From positions 6,137-70,136 of the forward strand of contig JAGHUR010000011.1 of assembly GCA_018064745.1 (NCBI GenBank): a stretch of 64,000 nt of DNA. The letters run 5' to 3'. The position numbers were made by a program, and so were the translations under genes. The notes under the pieces were generated by a model that saw only the letters and a program-made list of their open reading frames with translations, had not been told where the DNA came from and made no database searches. Below are positions 8,446-19,248 of this stretch, in pieces (within the stretch, counting starts at the first letter, position 1; each line of letters starts with the position of its first letter). This stretch comes from Candidatus Fiminaster equi. Its GTDB lineage: Bacteria > Bacillota_I > Bacilli_A > RFN20 > CAG-826.

Positions 8446-9873
8446 ATGGTATTTTCTTCTTTGGTTTTCTTACTAATATTCCTACCCGTCACTCTAGTGA
8501 TTTATTTTGTTATTCCAAAAAGGTTTATTACTGCAAAAAACATTGTATTGCTGATAGCTTCTTTGCTTTTCTATTCATGGGGCGAACCTAAAGCTATTTT
8601 ACTGATGGTTGCCTCAATTGCAGTTAACTACGTCTTTGGAATTTTGTTAAGTAAATTTGAATCGAAAACCAAAAGAAGAATTATTTTAATTTCATCATTG
8701 GTGTTTAACTTAGGAATGCTTTTCTTCTTCAAATACTTCAATTTTGTAACCGGAAATCGCTTCAAAAACATCGCACTTCCTATAGGAATTTCTTTCTACA
8801 CATTCCAAATTATGTCTTACGTAATTGATGTGTATAGAAAAGGTTGTTCGACACAAAAGAATATTGTTAAGTTGGCATTATATATTTCATTCTTCCCTCA
8901 ACTAATTGCAGGGCCAATTGTTAGATACACCGATATCGAAAAAGAATTAACAGAAAGAGAAACTAAACTTGATGATGTCTTCTATGGAGCACAAAGGTTT
9001 ATTCTTGGACTTTCAAAGAAGGTAATTATTTCAAACTGTGTTGCAGTCATTGCAGACCAAATTTTTGATAAATACCAAATGCAACTTTCTGTAAGCGGAG
9101 GTGCTGCTACCTTGCCTATGTTCGTGGCGTGGTTGGGTGTCATTGCTTACGCAATTCAGTTATTCTTTGACTTCTCTGGTTATTCGGATATGGCAATTGG
9201 CCTTGGTAAAATCTTTGGCTTTAAATTCCCTGAAAACTTCAACTATCCATACGCTGCAACATCCATCCAAGATTTCTGGAGAAGATGGCACATTACTCTT
9301 TCAACATGGTTTAAAGAATACCTTTACATCCCACTAGGTGGTAATAGAAAAGGAAAAGTTAGAACAATAATCAATCTACTAATTGTTTTCGCATTAACTG
9401 GCTTATGGCATGGCGCGTCGTGGACATTTATAGTGTGGGGCTTGTACCACGGATTTTTCATTGTTATCGAACGTATTGGATTCAAAAAAGTTCTTGATAA
9501 ATTACCAAAATTTGTTGGTAGAATTTACACAATTTTTGTAGTTTTAATTGGCTGGGTAATCTTTAGATCACCAGATATGACTTTTGCAGTTAAATACATT
9601 GGTTCATTATTTAATTTTGCAAGACCAGGTTGGACAAACGCCATGGGTATATTTAATACAGACGTCGGAAAATACTCATTAATAATTTTATTATTAGGAA
9701 TTATCTTTTCATTTCCACTTGTGCCAAAAATTAAAAAAGCAATTGAGAACAAGAAGTATGGACTTAATGTTTTAACAATTGCTAGTAGTATTCTAGGAAT
9801 TTTATTACTTGTTTATGCAGTTATGTGCTTAGCAAGTTCTAAATACAACCCATTTATTTATTTCAGATTTTAA
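8446..9873 (+). CDS. MBOAT-family membrane-bound O-acyltransferase (AlgI/DltB/PatA-like)
   Basis: 475 aa, polytopic. Signature FWRRWHITLSTWFKEYLYIPLGGNR...GLWHG carries the conserved MBOAT His. Confidence 0.9.
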   Translation: MVFSSLVFLLIFLPVTLVIYFVIPKRFITAKNIVLLIASLLFYSWGEPKAILLMVASIAVNYVFGILLSKFESKTKRRIILISSLVFNLGMLFFFKYFNFVTGNRFKNIALPIGISFYTFQIMSYVIDVYRKGCSTQKNIVKLALYISFFPQLIAGPIVRYTDIEKELTERETKLDDVFYGAQRFILGLSKKVIISNCVAVIADQIFDKYQMQLSVSGGAATLPMFVAWLGVIAYAIQLFFDFSGYSDMAIGLGKIFGFKFPENFNYPYAATSIQDFWRRWHITLSTWFKEYLYIPLGGNRKGKVRTIINLLIVFALTGLWHGASWTFIVWGLYHGFFIVIERIGFKKVLDKLPKFVGRIYTIFVVLIGWVIFRSPDMTFAVKYIGSLFNFARPGWTNAMGIFNTDVGKYSLIILLLGIIFSFPLVPKIKKAIENKKYGLNVLTIASSILGILLLVYAVMCLASSKYNPFIYFRF

Positions 9874-10831
9874 TTTCGTTTAATATTCTCTCTAATGATT
9901 CGCGTGTTGTTAATGCACTCGCGAGTTTATTTTTTGCTTTTTTCATGTCTGGATGACTGTTTAAAAATTTAGGAGCAATTCCACGTAAAACCATCATTGC
10001 GGTGTACTCACCTTTTTCCTCGATTAACATATCTGCTAAATCACGAATATATTGTATTGATTCTTCTAATGAAGAACTTTCAATTATAGAACCATCTTTA
10101 AAGTAAGAATCTATTTGCTTCACTAAGAAAGGGTTTCCAACACCTCCGCGGGCAACCATAACAGCATCAGCTTTGGTGCATTCTAAGGCCTTTATTGCGT
10201 CTTTTAGAGTGTAGATATCACCAGAGACAATTAGTGGAACTGACATTTCGTTACGGAAATCCTTTAAAAGTTCCCATCTTGGCTTTCCAGCATAACCTTG
10301 TCTTGTGGTTCTTGCATGAATTCCAATTGCTGCAACACCAGCATTTTCTAATGCCTTAACATTCTCTTTGAAATTTATTTCATCTTCGTTCCAACCGAGT
10401 CTTATTTTTGCGGTTACTGGAATTGGAGAATGTTTGCATATTTCTTTAAACATTTCTTCTAATTTCTTCGGATCTCTCAAGAGAGAAGAACCAGCACCAG
10501 TTTTGGTAACTTTTGGAGCAGGACACCCTAAATTGATATCAAAGATATCTATATTTGGATTATGTTTCAAAACAACATCCATTGCTTTGCAAATTGTTTC
10601 AGCAGAACTTCCAAATAATTGAATTGCAATAGGTCGTTCTTGCTCAGTTGATTTTAAATAATCAATTGTCTTTTGATTATCATAGATAAGACCGCAATCT
10701 GAAACCATTTCCGTTACAGTTAATGCAACGCCAAAAGGTTTCATAAAATTTCTGTAGCCTAAAGATGTGACTCCCGCCATAGGCGCCAAGACAACTTTGC
10801 CATTAATTTCAACGTTTCCAATTTTAAACAT
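9863..10831 (-). CDS. dus: tRNA-dihydrouridine synthase
   Basis: VLAPMAGVT..., NLGCPAPKV and the TIM-barrel Dus pattern. Its 3' end overlaps the MBOAT 3' end convergently by 11 nt. Confidence 0.9.
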   Translation of the reverse strand: MFKIGNVEINGKVVLAPMAGVTSLGYRNFMKPFGVALTVTEMVSDCGLIYDNQKTIDYLKSTEQERPIAIQLFGSSAETICKAMDVVLKHNPNIDIFDINLGCPAPKVTKTGAGSSLLRDPKKLEEMFKEICKHSPIPVTAKIRLGWNEDEINFKENVKALENAGVAAIGIHARTTRQGYAGKPRWELLKDFRNEMSVPLIVSGDIYTLKDAIKALECTKADAVMVARGGVGNPFLVKQIDSYFKDGSIIESSSLEESIQYIRDLADMLIEEKGEYTAMMVLRGIAPKFLNSHPDMKKAKNKLASALTTRESLERILNEIKI

Positions 10832-10864
10832 AAAAGTAAAAAGGGAGGTAAACCTCCCTATGAA

Positions 10865-12922
10865 TTATTCAGCTTTCTTTGCTGCTGGTTTTTTAGCAGG
10901 AGCCTTTTTGGCTGGGGCTTTCTTTGCTGCTGGTTTTTTCTCAACAGGTTTTGTTTCTTCAACAAGTGGTTGCTCTTCAACTTTTTTGCCAGCTAAGACA
11001 GCATCGATTTCTTCTGCAGTAATTGTTTCTTTTTCAAGAAGTGTTTCTGCAATTTTGATAACATCAGCTTTGTTAGCTTTAATAATGTCTTGAGCTTTCT
11101 TGTGAGCCTCATCGATAATCTTACGAACTTCTTGGTCAATTTCAAATGCAATTTGAGTAGAGAAATTCTTTTGTGTTGATGTGTAATCTCTTCCGAGGAA
11201 GACTGAGCCAGTATCCTTTTCATATTGAATTGGACCAAGTGAACTCATACCGTATTCAGTGACCATTGATCTTGCAATTTGTGTTGCAACTTCAATATCG
11301 TTTGAAGCGCCAGTTGTAACATCATCGAAGAAAATTTCTTCTGATGAACGTCCGCCCAAGAAACCAATAATTCTAGCTTCAAGCTCAGCTTTGCTGAGTA
11401 AGAATCTATCATCTTCTGGTGTCATTAAGACGTGACCACCAGTTCTTCCTCTAGGAATAATTGTGATTTTTTGAACTTTATCTGAATGAGGAAGTTTTAA
11501 ACCAATAATTGCATGGCCGGCTTCGTGGTAAGCAACACGTTTTCTTTCGTCTGCATTCATTCCTTTGGAATTCTTGGCTGGGCCTGCAATTCTTCTATCA
11601 ATTGCTTCGTCAACATCTTTGACTGAAATCATTTCTTCATTGTTGCGAACTGCAAGAATTGCCGCTTCATTCATGATATTTTCAATATCAGCACCTGAGA
11701 ATCCAACTGTTCTTTTTGCAAGTTGTGCAAAGTCGACTTTTGGATCAATAAGTTTATTTCTGGAGTGAACTTTAAAGATTGCTTCACGACCAGCTTTATC
11801 TGGTAAATTAACTGTGATTGTTCTATCAAAACGACCAGCTCTTAATAAGGCTGGATCAAGAACATCTTCACGGTTTGTTGCAGCAATAACAATAATGCCT
11901 GAATTATCTTCAAAACCATCCATTTCAACTAGAAGTTGATTGAGTGTTTGTTCTCGTTCATCGTTTCCGCCACCAAGACCAGCGCCTCTTTGACGTCCAA
12001 CAGCATCGATTTCATCGATAAATACTAAACATGGAGCAGATTGTTTTGCTTTTCTGAACATATCACGCACACGACCTGCACCAACGCCAACAAACATTTC
12101 GACAAAGTCGGAACCTGAAATTGAGAAGAATGGTACACCGGCTTCGCCTGCAACTGCTTTTGCAAGTAATGTCTTACCTGTACCTGGTTGACCTACGAGT
12201 AAGATACCTTTTGGAAGCTTTGCTCCAAACTTGGTATATTTTTGTGGGTTTTTAAGGTACTCAACAAGTTCGACCATTTCTGCTTTTTCTTCATCACACC
12301 CTGCAACATCGGCAAATTTGACTTTTGAACTGTCAATTTTACGTGCTCTTGAACGATTGAAATCTAAAGCTTTGTTATTAGAACCATTAACGGATCTTGA
12401 GAGCAATGAGAATAAAATAATTGCAATTAAGACGGTAACAATTATTGAAATAATTGATGGTCCCCATTGATCCCACCAAGAGACTTGGAATGCATAAACA
12501 TCTTTGATGTATGCTCTGTCTGCTTTATCTGGAAATGCAACTTTGTAATCATTAATTTCCTTTTCAAAGAGAGTTGAATATGCTGGGTGAGTTCCACCTT
12601 CTAATTCGAATTCGTGATTATATTTTTCGATATCAATAACGACATCAAATTGCTTTTCTCCATCATTTGGATTTGCAACCACATAAAATGTACCTGTGAT
12701 TTCAACTGTGGTTTCTTTGTTGTAAACTTCAGCAGTTACAACCTGGTTGTCTGCAAGAGCTTTATCTAGTGATCCTGCATCAGAATTCCACTTATAAACC
12801 TTAGCTGAGGTGGCTCTGACAATTAAAACTATAAAGGCTGCAATTGCTGCAATTATAATAAGATATGGGAGAATAACTCTTCCAAATCCTCTTCTTGGTT
12901 GTTGATTTTTATTTTCGTCCAT
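10865..12922 (-). CDS. ftsH: ATP-dependent zinc metalloprotease FtsH with a Lys/Ala/Pro-repeat C-terminal tail
   Basis: Walker [12 protein letters not shown] region, HEAGHA zinc motif and two TM helices. The C-terminus is ...[24 protein letters not shown]. Confidence 0.95.
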   Translation of the reverse strand: MDENKNQQPRRGFGRVILPYLIIIAAIAAFIVLIVRATSAKVYKWNSDAGSLDKALADNQVVTAEVYNKETTVEITGTFYVVANPNDGEKQFDVVIDIEKYNHEFELEGGTHPAYSTLFEKEINDYKVAFPDKADRAYIKDVYAFQVSWWDQWGPSIISIIVTVLIAIILFSLLSRSVNGSNNKALDFNRSRARKIDSSKVKFADVAGCDEEKAEMVELVEYLKNPQKYTKFGAKLPKGILLVGQPGTGKTLLAKAVAGEAGVPFFSISGSDFVEMFVGVGAGRVRDMFRKAKQSAPCLVFIDEIDAVGRQRGAGLGGGNDEREQTLNQLLVEMDGFEDNSGIIVIAATNREDVLDPALLRAGRFDRTITVNLPDKAGREAIFKVHSRNKLIDPKVDFAQLAKRTVGFSGADIENIMNEAAILAVRNNEEMISVKDVDEAIDRRIAGPAKNSKGMNADERKRVAYHEAGHAIIGLKLPHSDKVQKITIIPRGRTGGHVLMTPEDDRFLLSKAELEARIIGFLGGRSSEEIFFDDVTTGASNDIEVATQIARSMVTEYGMSSLGPIQYEKDTGSVFLGRDYTSTQKNFSTQIAFEIDQEVRKIIDEAHKKAQDIIKANKADVIKIAETLLEKETITAEEIDAVLAGKKVEEQPLVEETKPVEKKPAAKKAPAKKAPAKKPAAKKAE

Positions 12923-13035
12923 AATTAATACCTCCGGGGTTATCTAAACAAATGTTTTCGCTAAAAATAATACCAAAACTAAATGTTTTGTAAACAATTT
13001 TGTAAATATATTTAATTTTATAATTTAAGAATGGG

Positions 13036-14250
13036 CTATTTATTCCTAATTTTAGTTAAATCGATTTTCAAAATAGATTTATGATTATCCACAAAATCTT
13101 TGCGGTATCTAGGAACATAAATTAACTCATTGTTTTTGTTATAAATTCCAGGCCACATCTTTCTAAGATGAGTTGGCATTTTCCAGTTAATAAATTGTCT
13201 TCTAACTTCAACAAAATAGTCCTTAACTTTTACTCTGTCTTTAGGGTTAACATTTCTCACAATTAGTGGAAAATCTTCATCTTTAATTCCGCGGTCTTCT
13301 GCTCCCATCGAAAAATCAATTTTTAGGAATTTATTCATTGCTTTTTTGTTAACTACAAGCTCATAAGCATAAAAATTCTCTAAATCAGTCACCTCAACAT
13401 CATCGTACATTTTGGAAAGGGTAACGTGTTCAGTAATTTTGAATGAAATATTTGCGTTTGTTGCGAAAGATTTTTGAATCTCCTCAATAAATTTTGCACT
13501 CAAGTCACGGTGTTCATTATGTTTGGTCATATAAAAATCGATGAATCTAACGATATTTTCATATGACATTTTTGCGAATTTTTTATAAGAAATTTTAGGG
13601 ACAAATTTTTGTTCAATTTTTTGCTTGTTTTTGAGTTCTAAAATAATGTTTTTTCGCTCTTCTTTTGTTAATTTTTCAACCACGCTGTGGCGAACCTTAT
13701 TTCTTGAGTAATGATCAGTAAGATTTGACTCATCAATTGAATAAGGAATTTTATTAGAAATATCGTACTCCAAAAGTTCTTGTTTTGAATAACCCAAAAG
13801 CGGTCTAATTACCTTGACACCTAAAATATTGTTTTCCTCGCGAATTCCCCAGTATTTCACTAGGTTTTTGCGATTTTTTTGCATTTTATAGGTTTCAATT
13901 ACATCGTCTTCTTGATGAGCTACAAGAACACCTATAGCATTATGTTTTTCAACTACATTTTTAAAGAATTTATAACGTGTTTCACGAGCCCATTCTTGGA
14001 AGTTTCCAGATACCTCTAAATTTGCTGTGTCCAACACCTCAATTTTGATATTATTTTCGTTACAAAACTTAGTCAAAGAAGCTTGTTCAAAATTTGAAAT
14101 ATCTCTTTTGTGATAATTGACGTGCGCAACAACAATTTTTAAGTGATTTTTTAGGGTTGCAGAAAGTAGGGCCATTGAATCTGGTCCGAAAGAGCAAGCA
14201 ACAACATATTTCTTGCTGTGGTCTAAGTCTAATTTTAGTTCCTTACTCAT
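13036..14250 (-). CDS. tilS: tRNA(Ile)-lysidine synthase
   Basis: PP-loop SFGPDS near the N-terminus. I prefer the start at MSKELKL (ATG at 14250), which overlaps the mfd stop as ATGAGTAA. The track ORF starts at 14310, inside mfd. Confidence 0.85.
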   Translation of the reverse strand: MSKELKLDLDHSKKYVVACSFGPDSMALLSATLKNHLKIVVAHVNYHKRDISNFEQASLTKFCNENNIKIEVLDTANLEVSGNFQEWARETRYKFFKNVVEKHNAIGVLVAHQEDDVIETYKMQKNRKNLVKYWGIREENNILGVKVIRPLLGYSKQELLEYDISNKIPYSIDESNLTDHYSRNKVRHSVVEKLTKEERKNIILELKNKQKIEQKFVPKISYKKFAKMSYENIVRFIDFYMTKHNEHRDLSAKFIEEIQKSFATNANISFKITEHVTLSKMYDDVEVTDLENFYAYELVVNKKAMNKFLKIDFSMGAEDRGIKDEDFPLIVRNVNPKDRVKVKDYFVEVRRQFINWKMPTHLRKMWPGIYNKNNELIYVPRYRKDFVDNHKSILKIDLTKIRNK

Positions 14251-17200
14251 TTTTTCCCTTCTTATTATATTTTTTATAAAGTGTTGCAATACATTCAATA
14301 ATTGTTTCAAGATCTTTTATCCAATTGTCTAGCTTTTTAAGTCTGATTTTAAGAACTTTATTCAAATATGTTACTGAAATCTTTCCAAGATATGGTGTTA
14401 GTATCTCAAATAGGGCTGAACCAATACCTGAAATTGATGAAAATTTATCTGACAAAACAATCTCAATATCATTAGCATATTCATTAACATTTTCGAACTC
14501 TTCGTTGTTCATTAAAATATCGATTCTTCTCTTGTTAATTAACATCATAACTTCATGAGGAATTTTTCCATAAATATTGCGGATTTTAGCCTTTATTCCC
14601 TGCAATTCCTGGATATTTTGGGCATTTTCAAGTTCTTGATATAACTCGACTTTATCCTCTTTTACCATGTACACATCAGGTATGTAAGCATCAATTTTAA
14701 AGAGCTTAACTGGCTTAGGTGGCTCATATGCTTTTCCGGTCTTTTTCTCTTCAATAACTTCATTCAAAAGTTTGAGATACAATTCAAGACCAACTGAATC
14801 AATAAAACCAGCTTGTTCTGGTCCTAAAATATCGCCTGCACCACGAATCATAAGGTCTCTTTGTGCAATTTTATATCCAGAGCCCAATTGAGCAAAATCT
14901 TGAATGGCTTTTAGTCTCTTTTGAGCTGTTTTGTTAATATTTTTCTGCTCACTATAAAACAAATAAGCATAAGCAATACGATTTCCGCGTCCAACTCTTC
15001 CTTTAATTTGATAAAGTTGCGATAATCCAAAGCGATCAGCATTCTCAACGATGATTAAATTGGCATTTGGAATATCGATTCCGTTCTCGATAATAGATGT
15101 TGCAACCAATACATTTATTTCGCCAGAATAGAATCTCATCATAACGTCTTCTATTTCGTCTTTTGACATCTGTCCATGAACAACTCCAACGCTTGCTGAA
15201 GGTATTTGTCTTTGAATTTTGTTTGCAACTAAATGAATCGAAGAAACTACATTATGTATGTAAAAAACCTGGCCTTTTCGCGTTAATTCTCGTTCAATTA
15301 ACTCTCTGCACACACCTTCATTAAATGGTGCAACATAGGTTTGAATTGATGATCTATTTTCTGGTGGTGTGTTAATTTGAGAGACTGGTCTAACACCAAT
15401 TAAAGATAGTTGTAAAGTGCGTGGAATTGGGGTTGCAGAAAGAGATAAAACATCAATATTTGACTTCATCTCTTTAATTCTTTCTTTTTGTTCAACACCA
15501 AATCTTTGTTCTTCATCAACAATAAGTAATCCAAGGTCTTTAAATGAAAAATCTTTACTTAATAAACGGTGAGTTCCGATAACTAAGTGAATTTTTCCTT
15601 CTTTTATATCCTTAATATATTCTTTTTGTTGTTTTTCAGAGACTAGTCTCGAAATAATGGCAATATTAACTCCAAAATTTCTAAATCTTTCACATGCAAG
15701 TTCATAATGCTGTCTAGCAAGTAGTGTAGTTGGGCACAATATTGCAACTTGCTTTCCTGATGAAATAGCTTTAAAGACTGCTCTAAATGCAACTTCGGTT
15801 TTACCGAAGCCTACATCACCGCAAAGAAGTCTATCCATTACATCATCAGATTCCATATCTTTTTTAATATCAATTACAGCCTGTTGTTGATCGTAAGTTA
15901 ATTGATACGGGAATTCTTTTTCAAATGCTTCTTGAATTTCATCATCAGGCATAAAGGCAAAGCCTTTGCCGTGCGCTCTTTCGCTGTATAAAGCATACAA
16001 TCTATCTGCTAATTCATTAATTCTTGTCTTAATCTTTGATTTAGTCTTTTCCCACTCATCAGAATTTAAACTTGATAGTTTCGGTTCAGCACCTTCTCTA
16101 CCAGAGTATTTACGTAGTAATCTAAATTGAGTTAAAGGAATGTATAAAGTGCTTGTTCCAGAGTATTGAACATGAATAAAGTCTCTATGAATACCATCGA
16201 CCTCTATAGTTTGAATATCTAAGAATTTACCTATTCCATAATATTCATGTACAACAAAGTCTCCTGGTCTCAATTCTTCATAATTTCTTAAGATTGTAGC
16301 TTCCTTAAACCTATTCAAAAATCTAGAAGATCTATTTTGAAAGCCAAAAAGTTCTTTTGATGATACAAAAACTATTTTTTCATCAGGTAATTCAAATCCT
16401 TCTTCAAGAGAAAAGATCGTCACTCCAATTTTCTTATTTGGAATCTCTAATCCTTTCAATGCATCATAAGGAATCTTCTCAGATTTTAAGAATTCAACAA
16501 CTGTTTCGTATTGCTGTTTGTTAGACAATGCGAGAACTATTTTTTGAGATGTTGAAAGGTACTGATTTAAGATAATTGAAAGGTTAGAAGAATTAGCTTT
16601 TGAGAAAATAATCGGATTGGTTTTAAACTCAATTTGTTCGAGATTTTCACGGAAATTACTGGAGAAAATGAGGTATTTTTCAAATTTTAAGACATCGTTA
16701 ACATCATTATATAGTTCAAGATGTGTGATCAATTTTCCATCTTCGTTAAGTGATGAAAAGTAGTTCTTTGCTTCCTTAATTAAAAACTCAATTGTGGTAT
16801 CAAATTGATTCTTGTTAGATATAAATGTTAAGTCAGCTTTGAAGTAATCACAAATTGAATTAGTAAAGTGTTTTACATACCTTGTGTATTTGTATAAATG
16901 CGGATGATAAACACGTTCTTGGATGTGTTCAAAATCCCTATTTGCATTTTGCTCAAGATAAGCACCTAATTCTGGAATTAAATTGCGTTTATCTTTTGCG
17001 ATTTGTGCATCTAAATTCTTTTTGAATTCTTCAATTTCTAAATCTGTAAATAAAACATCGTTTGCAGGTTCAAATTTTATTGAGTCAATCTCCTTAAATG
17101 AGGTTTGCTTAGCTATGCTAAAATATGAAATTGACTCAATAGTATCGCCAAAGAATTCAATTCTGATTGGATTATCTTGTGAAACAGGATAAATGTCTAA

Positions 17201-17725
17201 AATATCACCACGAGATGCAAATTGAAGAGTTTGATCTATTTTATTAACTTGTTCATATCCTGCCTGCACTAATTTTTTCTTGGTTTCTGCTAAGTTATAT
17301 TCTTTTCCTTTTTCAAAGTAAAATGTGTTTGATAAAAAGTCGCTAACTGTTGGTAGCGGTGTAATCAACGCTGAGGCATGAGTAACAATGATTTTTGGCT
17401 TATCCTCTAATGCTTTTGTTAAGACATAAAGTCTTTGAGCTAATAATTCCTTTGATGAAGTTAAGCTTTCATTTCTTAACATGTCATCAACCGGGAATAG
17501 ATAAACATTATCTTCTCCAATGAGGGAAGCAATTACGTCAGAGACCTTTTGTGCATTGTATAAATTTGATGTTAATAATAGGTATTTCCCAGGTTTTTTG
17601 TGGAAAACTCCCGCGAAAAGTAGGGAGATTCCAATAGTATCATCAACGACAAAATTCCCACTTTTCGTTAAGAGGTGGGTAGCAGCTTCAGTGTTGGAAA
17701 TCAGTTTTAAGAGTTCATCATTCAA
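14243..17725 (-). CDS. mfd: transcription-repair coupling factor
   Basis: 1160 aa. Has a UvrB-like N-terminus, a CarD-like domain, and SF2 helicase motifs (GDVGFGKTEVA, DEEQRFG). Confidence 0.95.
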   Translation of the reverse strand: MNDELLKLISNTEAATHLLTKSGNFVVDDTIGISLLFAGVFHKKPGKYLLLTSNLYNAQKVSDVIASLIGEDNVYLFPVDDMLRNESLTSSKELLAQRLYVLTKALEDKPKIIVTHASALITPLPTVSDFLSNTFYFEKGKEYNLAETKKKLVQAGYEQVNKIDQTLQFASRGDILDIYPVSQDNPIRIEFFGDTIESISYFSIAKQTSFKEIDSIKFEPANDVLFTDLEIEEFKKNLDAQIAKDKRNLIPELGAYLEQNANRDFEHIQERVYHPHLYKYTRYVKHFTNSICDYFKADLTFISNKNQFDTTIEFLIKEAKNYFSSLNEDGKLITHLELYNDVNDVLKFEKYLIFSSNFRENLEQIEFKTNPIIFSKANSSNLSIILNQYLSTSQKIVLALSNKQQYETVVEFLKSEKIPYDALKGLEIPNKKIGVTIFSLEEGFELPDEKIVFVSSKELFGFQNRSSRFLNRFKEATILRNYEELRPGDFVVHEYYGIGKFLDIQTIEVDGIHRDFIHVQYSGTSTLYIPLTQFRLLRKYSGREGAEPKLSSLNSDEWEKTKSKIKTRINELADRLYALYSERAHGKGFAFMPDDEIQEAFEKEFPYQLTYDQQQAVIDIKKDMESDDVMDRLLCGDVGFGKTEVAFRAVFKAISSGKQVAILCPTTLLARQHYELACERFRNFGVNIAIISRLVSEKQQKEYIKDIKEGKIHLVIGTHRLLSKDFSFKDLGLLIVDEEQRFGVEQKERIKEMKSNIDVLSLSATPIPRTLQLSLIGVRPVSQINTPPENRSSIQTYVAPFNEGVCRELIERELTRKGQVFYIHNVVSSIHLVANKIQRQIPSASVGVVHGQMSKDEIEDVMMRFYSGEINVLVATSIIENGIDIPNANLIIVENADRFGLSQLYQIKGRVGRGNRIAYAYLFYSEQKNINKTAQKRLKAIQDFAQLGSGYKIAQRDLMIRGAGDILGPEQAGFIDSVGLELYLKLLNEVIEEKKTGKAYEPPKPVKLFKIDAYIPDVYMVKEDKVELYQELENAQNIQELQGIKAKIRNIYGKIPHEVMMLINKRRIDILMNNEEFENVNEYANDIEIVLSDKFSSISGIGSALFEILTPYLGKISVTYLNKVLKIRLKKLDNWIKDLETIIECIATLYKKYNKKGKNE

Positions 17726-18288
17726 CTATTACCACCTCCATTAAATTTTGACATTGCGTTTTGAAAATCGTTTATCAAAAATTCGCGTATAGCTTTTGTT
17801 GCGCGTTCTATTGCAGAGTCTATTTTTTCTTTTTCTTCACCTCTAGGTTCACCTAAAACGTGTTTGATTGGATCATATTTTGGTTCGCCAATACCAACGC
17901 GAATGCGTTTAATGTTTTCGGTTGAAAGATATTTAATAATATTTTCCATTCCTTTTTGGCCGCCGCTTGACCCACTTGCTCTTAACCTAAGATTACCTGG
18001 TTCAATAGCCATATCGTCATAGACGATTAAGATATCTTCTCTATGAATTTTAAAAAATTTAACAATCTCGTAAACTGCTAATCCTGATCCGTTCATCATT
18101 GTTAATGGTTTAAATAAAATGATATCTTCATCTTCAAATTTGAATCTTCCATAGACACCATGAAAATCTTCTTTATCGATGTCAACTGAAGTTGCATCAG
18201 CAAAAGCATCTACAACACGAAAACCACAATTGTGACGTGTCATTGCGTATTCTTTTCCTGGATTACCTAAACCAACAATAAGTTTCAT
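17722..18288 (-). CDS. pth: peptidyl-tRNA hydrolase
   Basis: MKLIVGLGNPGKEYAMTRHNCGF is the canonical Pth N-terminus. Overlaps the mfd start by 4 nt. Confidence 0.95.
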   Translation of the reverse strand: MKLIVGLGNPGKEYAMTRHNCGFRVVDAFADATSVDIDKEDFHGVYGRFKFEDEDIILFKPLTMMNGSGLAVYEIVKFFKIHREDILIVYDDMAIEPGNLRLRASGSSGGQKGMENIIKYLSTENIKRIRVGIGEPKYDPIKHVLGEPRGEEKEKIDSAIERATKAIREFLINDFQNAMSKFNGGGNS

Positions 18289-18330
18289 AATTGCATTTGA
18301 TTATATCACAACACATTATATTATGCTAAA

Positions 18331-19248
18331 ATGTTTCACATGAAAAAGAAATTGCCTACACCAATTAAGGATGGATTAATCGGCCTAGCTTTCGGTACAG
18401 GAATGATTATTCCGGGAATTGCTGGTGGCACTGTATTACTGATCTTTAGAGCATTCAAAAAGGTAGTTGGTGCAGTCGCTAATTTATTCAGCAAAAATTT
18501 TGGCCGCAATTTTCTTATTTTGTTGCCATTTGGAGTTGGTGCAATCTTATCATTTGCTGCATTAGTCATTCCATTAAACTTAGCAATGGAATATTGCATG
18601 TTTGCAATCATTTGTTTGTTTGCTGGGTTGGTCATTGGATCACTTCCTGGAGTTACTGATAATGTTAAAGACGAACCACGCAAAAAATCTTACATTTTAT
18701 CATTTGGAATTTTCTTCTTAATAACTGCATTTGTTGGGGTTTTCTCGGTGATTTTCCCTACAATTTCCTGGATAAATGACATTTTTAGAGATGTTCCAAC
18801 ATATCTTTATTTCATTATGATTGGGGTTGGATTTTTTGCAGCTGCAGGCTTAGTTATTCCTGGATTTTCTGGTTCGCTTTTATTGGTTGCAATTTGTTTC
18901 TATCAGCCTATTCTTGAATTGTTTAAATTTAAAAATGTTGGAGCCAGTTTTGGCCTAATATTCTCATTCTTAGTTGGAGCAATTCTTGGTTTTGTTATTT
19001 TCTCAAAATTAATGAACTATTTTCTTGCTAAACATAGAGTTGGAACATACTATGCTGCAATCGGAATGATTGTTGGCTCATTAATCTCAATTTTTGTTAA
19101 CTCCAAAATGTTTGATTACTGTAAGAGTTCATCATTTGGTCTTGTGGATCAAATATTAGGACCAATCCTATTTGTTTTAGCTATAATTGGTAGTTACATG
19201 ATTGTCCGCTATCTAAGAACACATAAGGAACCTAAAGAAAATGCCTAG
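18331..19248 (+). CDS. DUF368-family membrane protein (family implicated in polyprenyl-phosphate translocation)
   Basis: Polytopic, with a duplicated IPG(I/F)(A/S)GG motif (MIIPGIAGGT, LVIPGFSGS) typical of DUF368. Confidence 0.75.
   Translation: MFHMKKKLPTPIKDGLIGLAFGTGMIIPGIAGGTVLLIFRAFKKVVGAVANLFSKNFGRNFLILLPFGVGAILSFAALVIPLNLAMEYCMFAIICLFAGLVIGSLPGVTDNVKDEPRKKSYILSFGIFFLITAFVGVFSVIFPTISWINDIFRDVPTYLYFIMIGVGFFAAAGLVIPGFSGSLLLVAICFYQPILELFKFKNVGASFGLIFSFLVGAILGFVIFSKLMNYFLAKHRVGTYYAAIGMIVGSLISIFVNSKMFDYCKSSSFGLVDQILGPILFVLAIIGSYMIVRYLRTHKEPKENA

Noticed and set aside
10767-11093. 108-aa plus-strand ORF with an [15 protein letters not shown] repeat, which could look like a novel repeat protein.
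   Set aside because: It is the antisense reading of the FtsH Lys/Ala/Pro tail and of the dus start region. The repeat is explained by the ftsH coding repeat.
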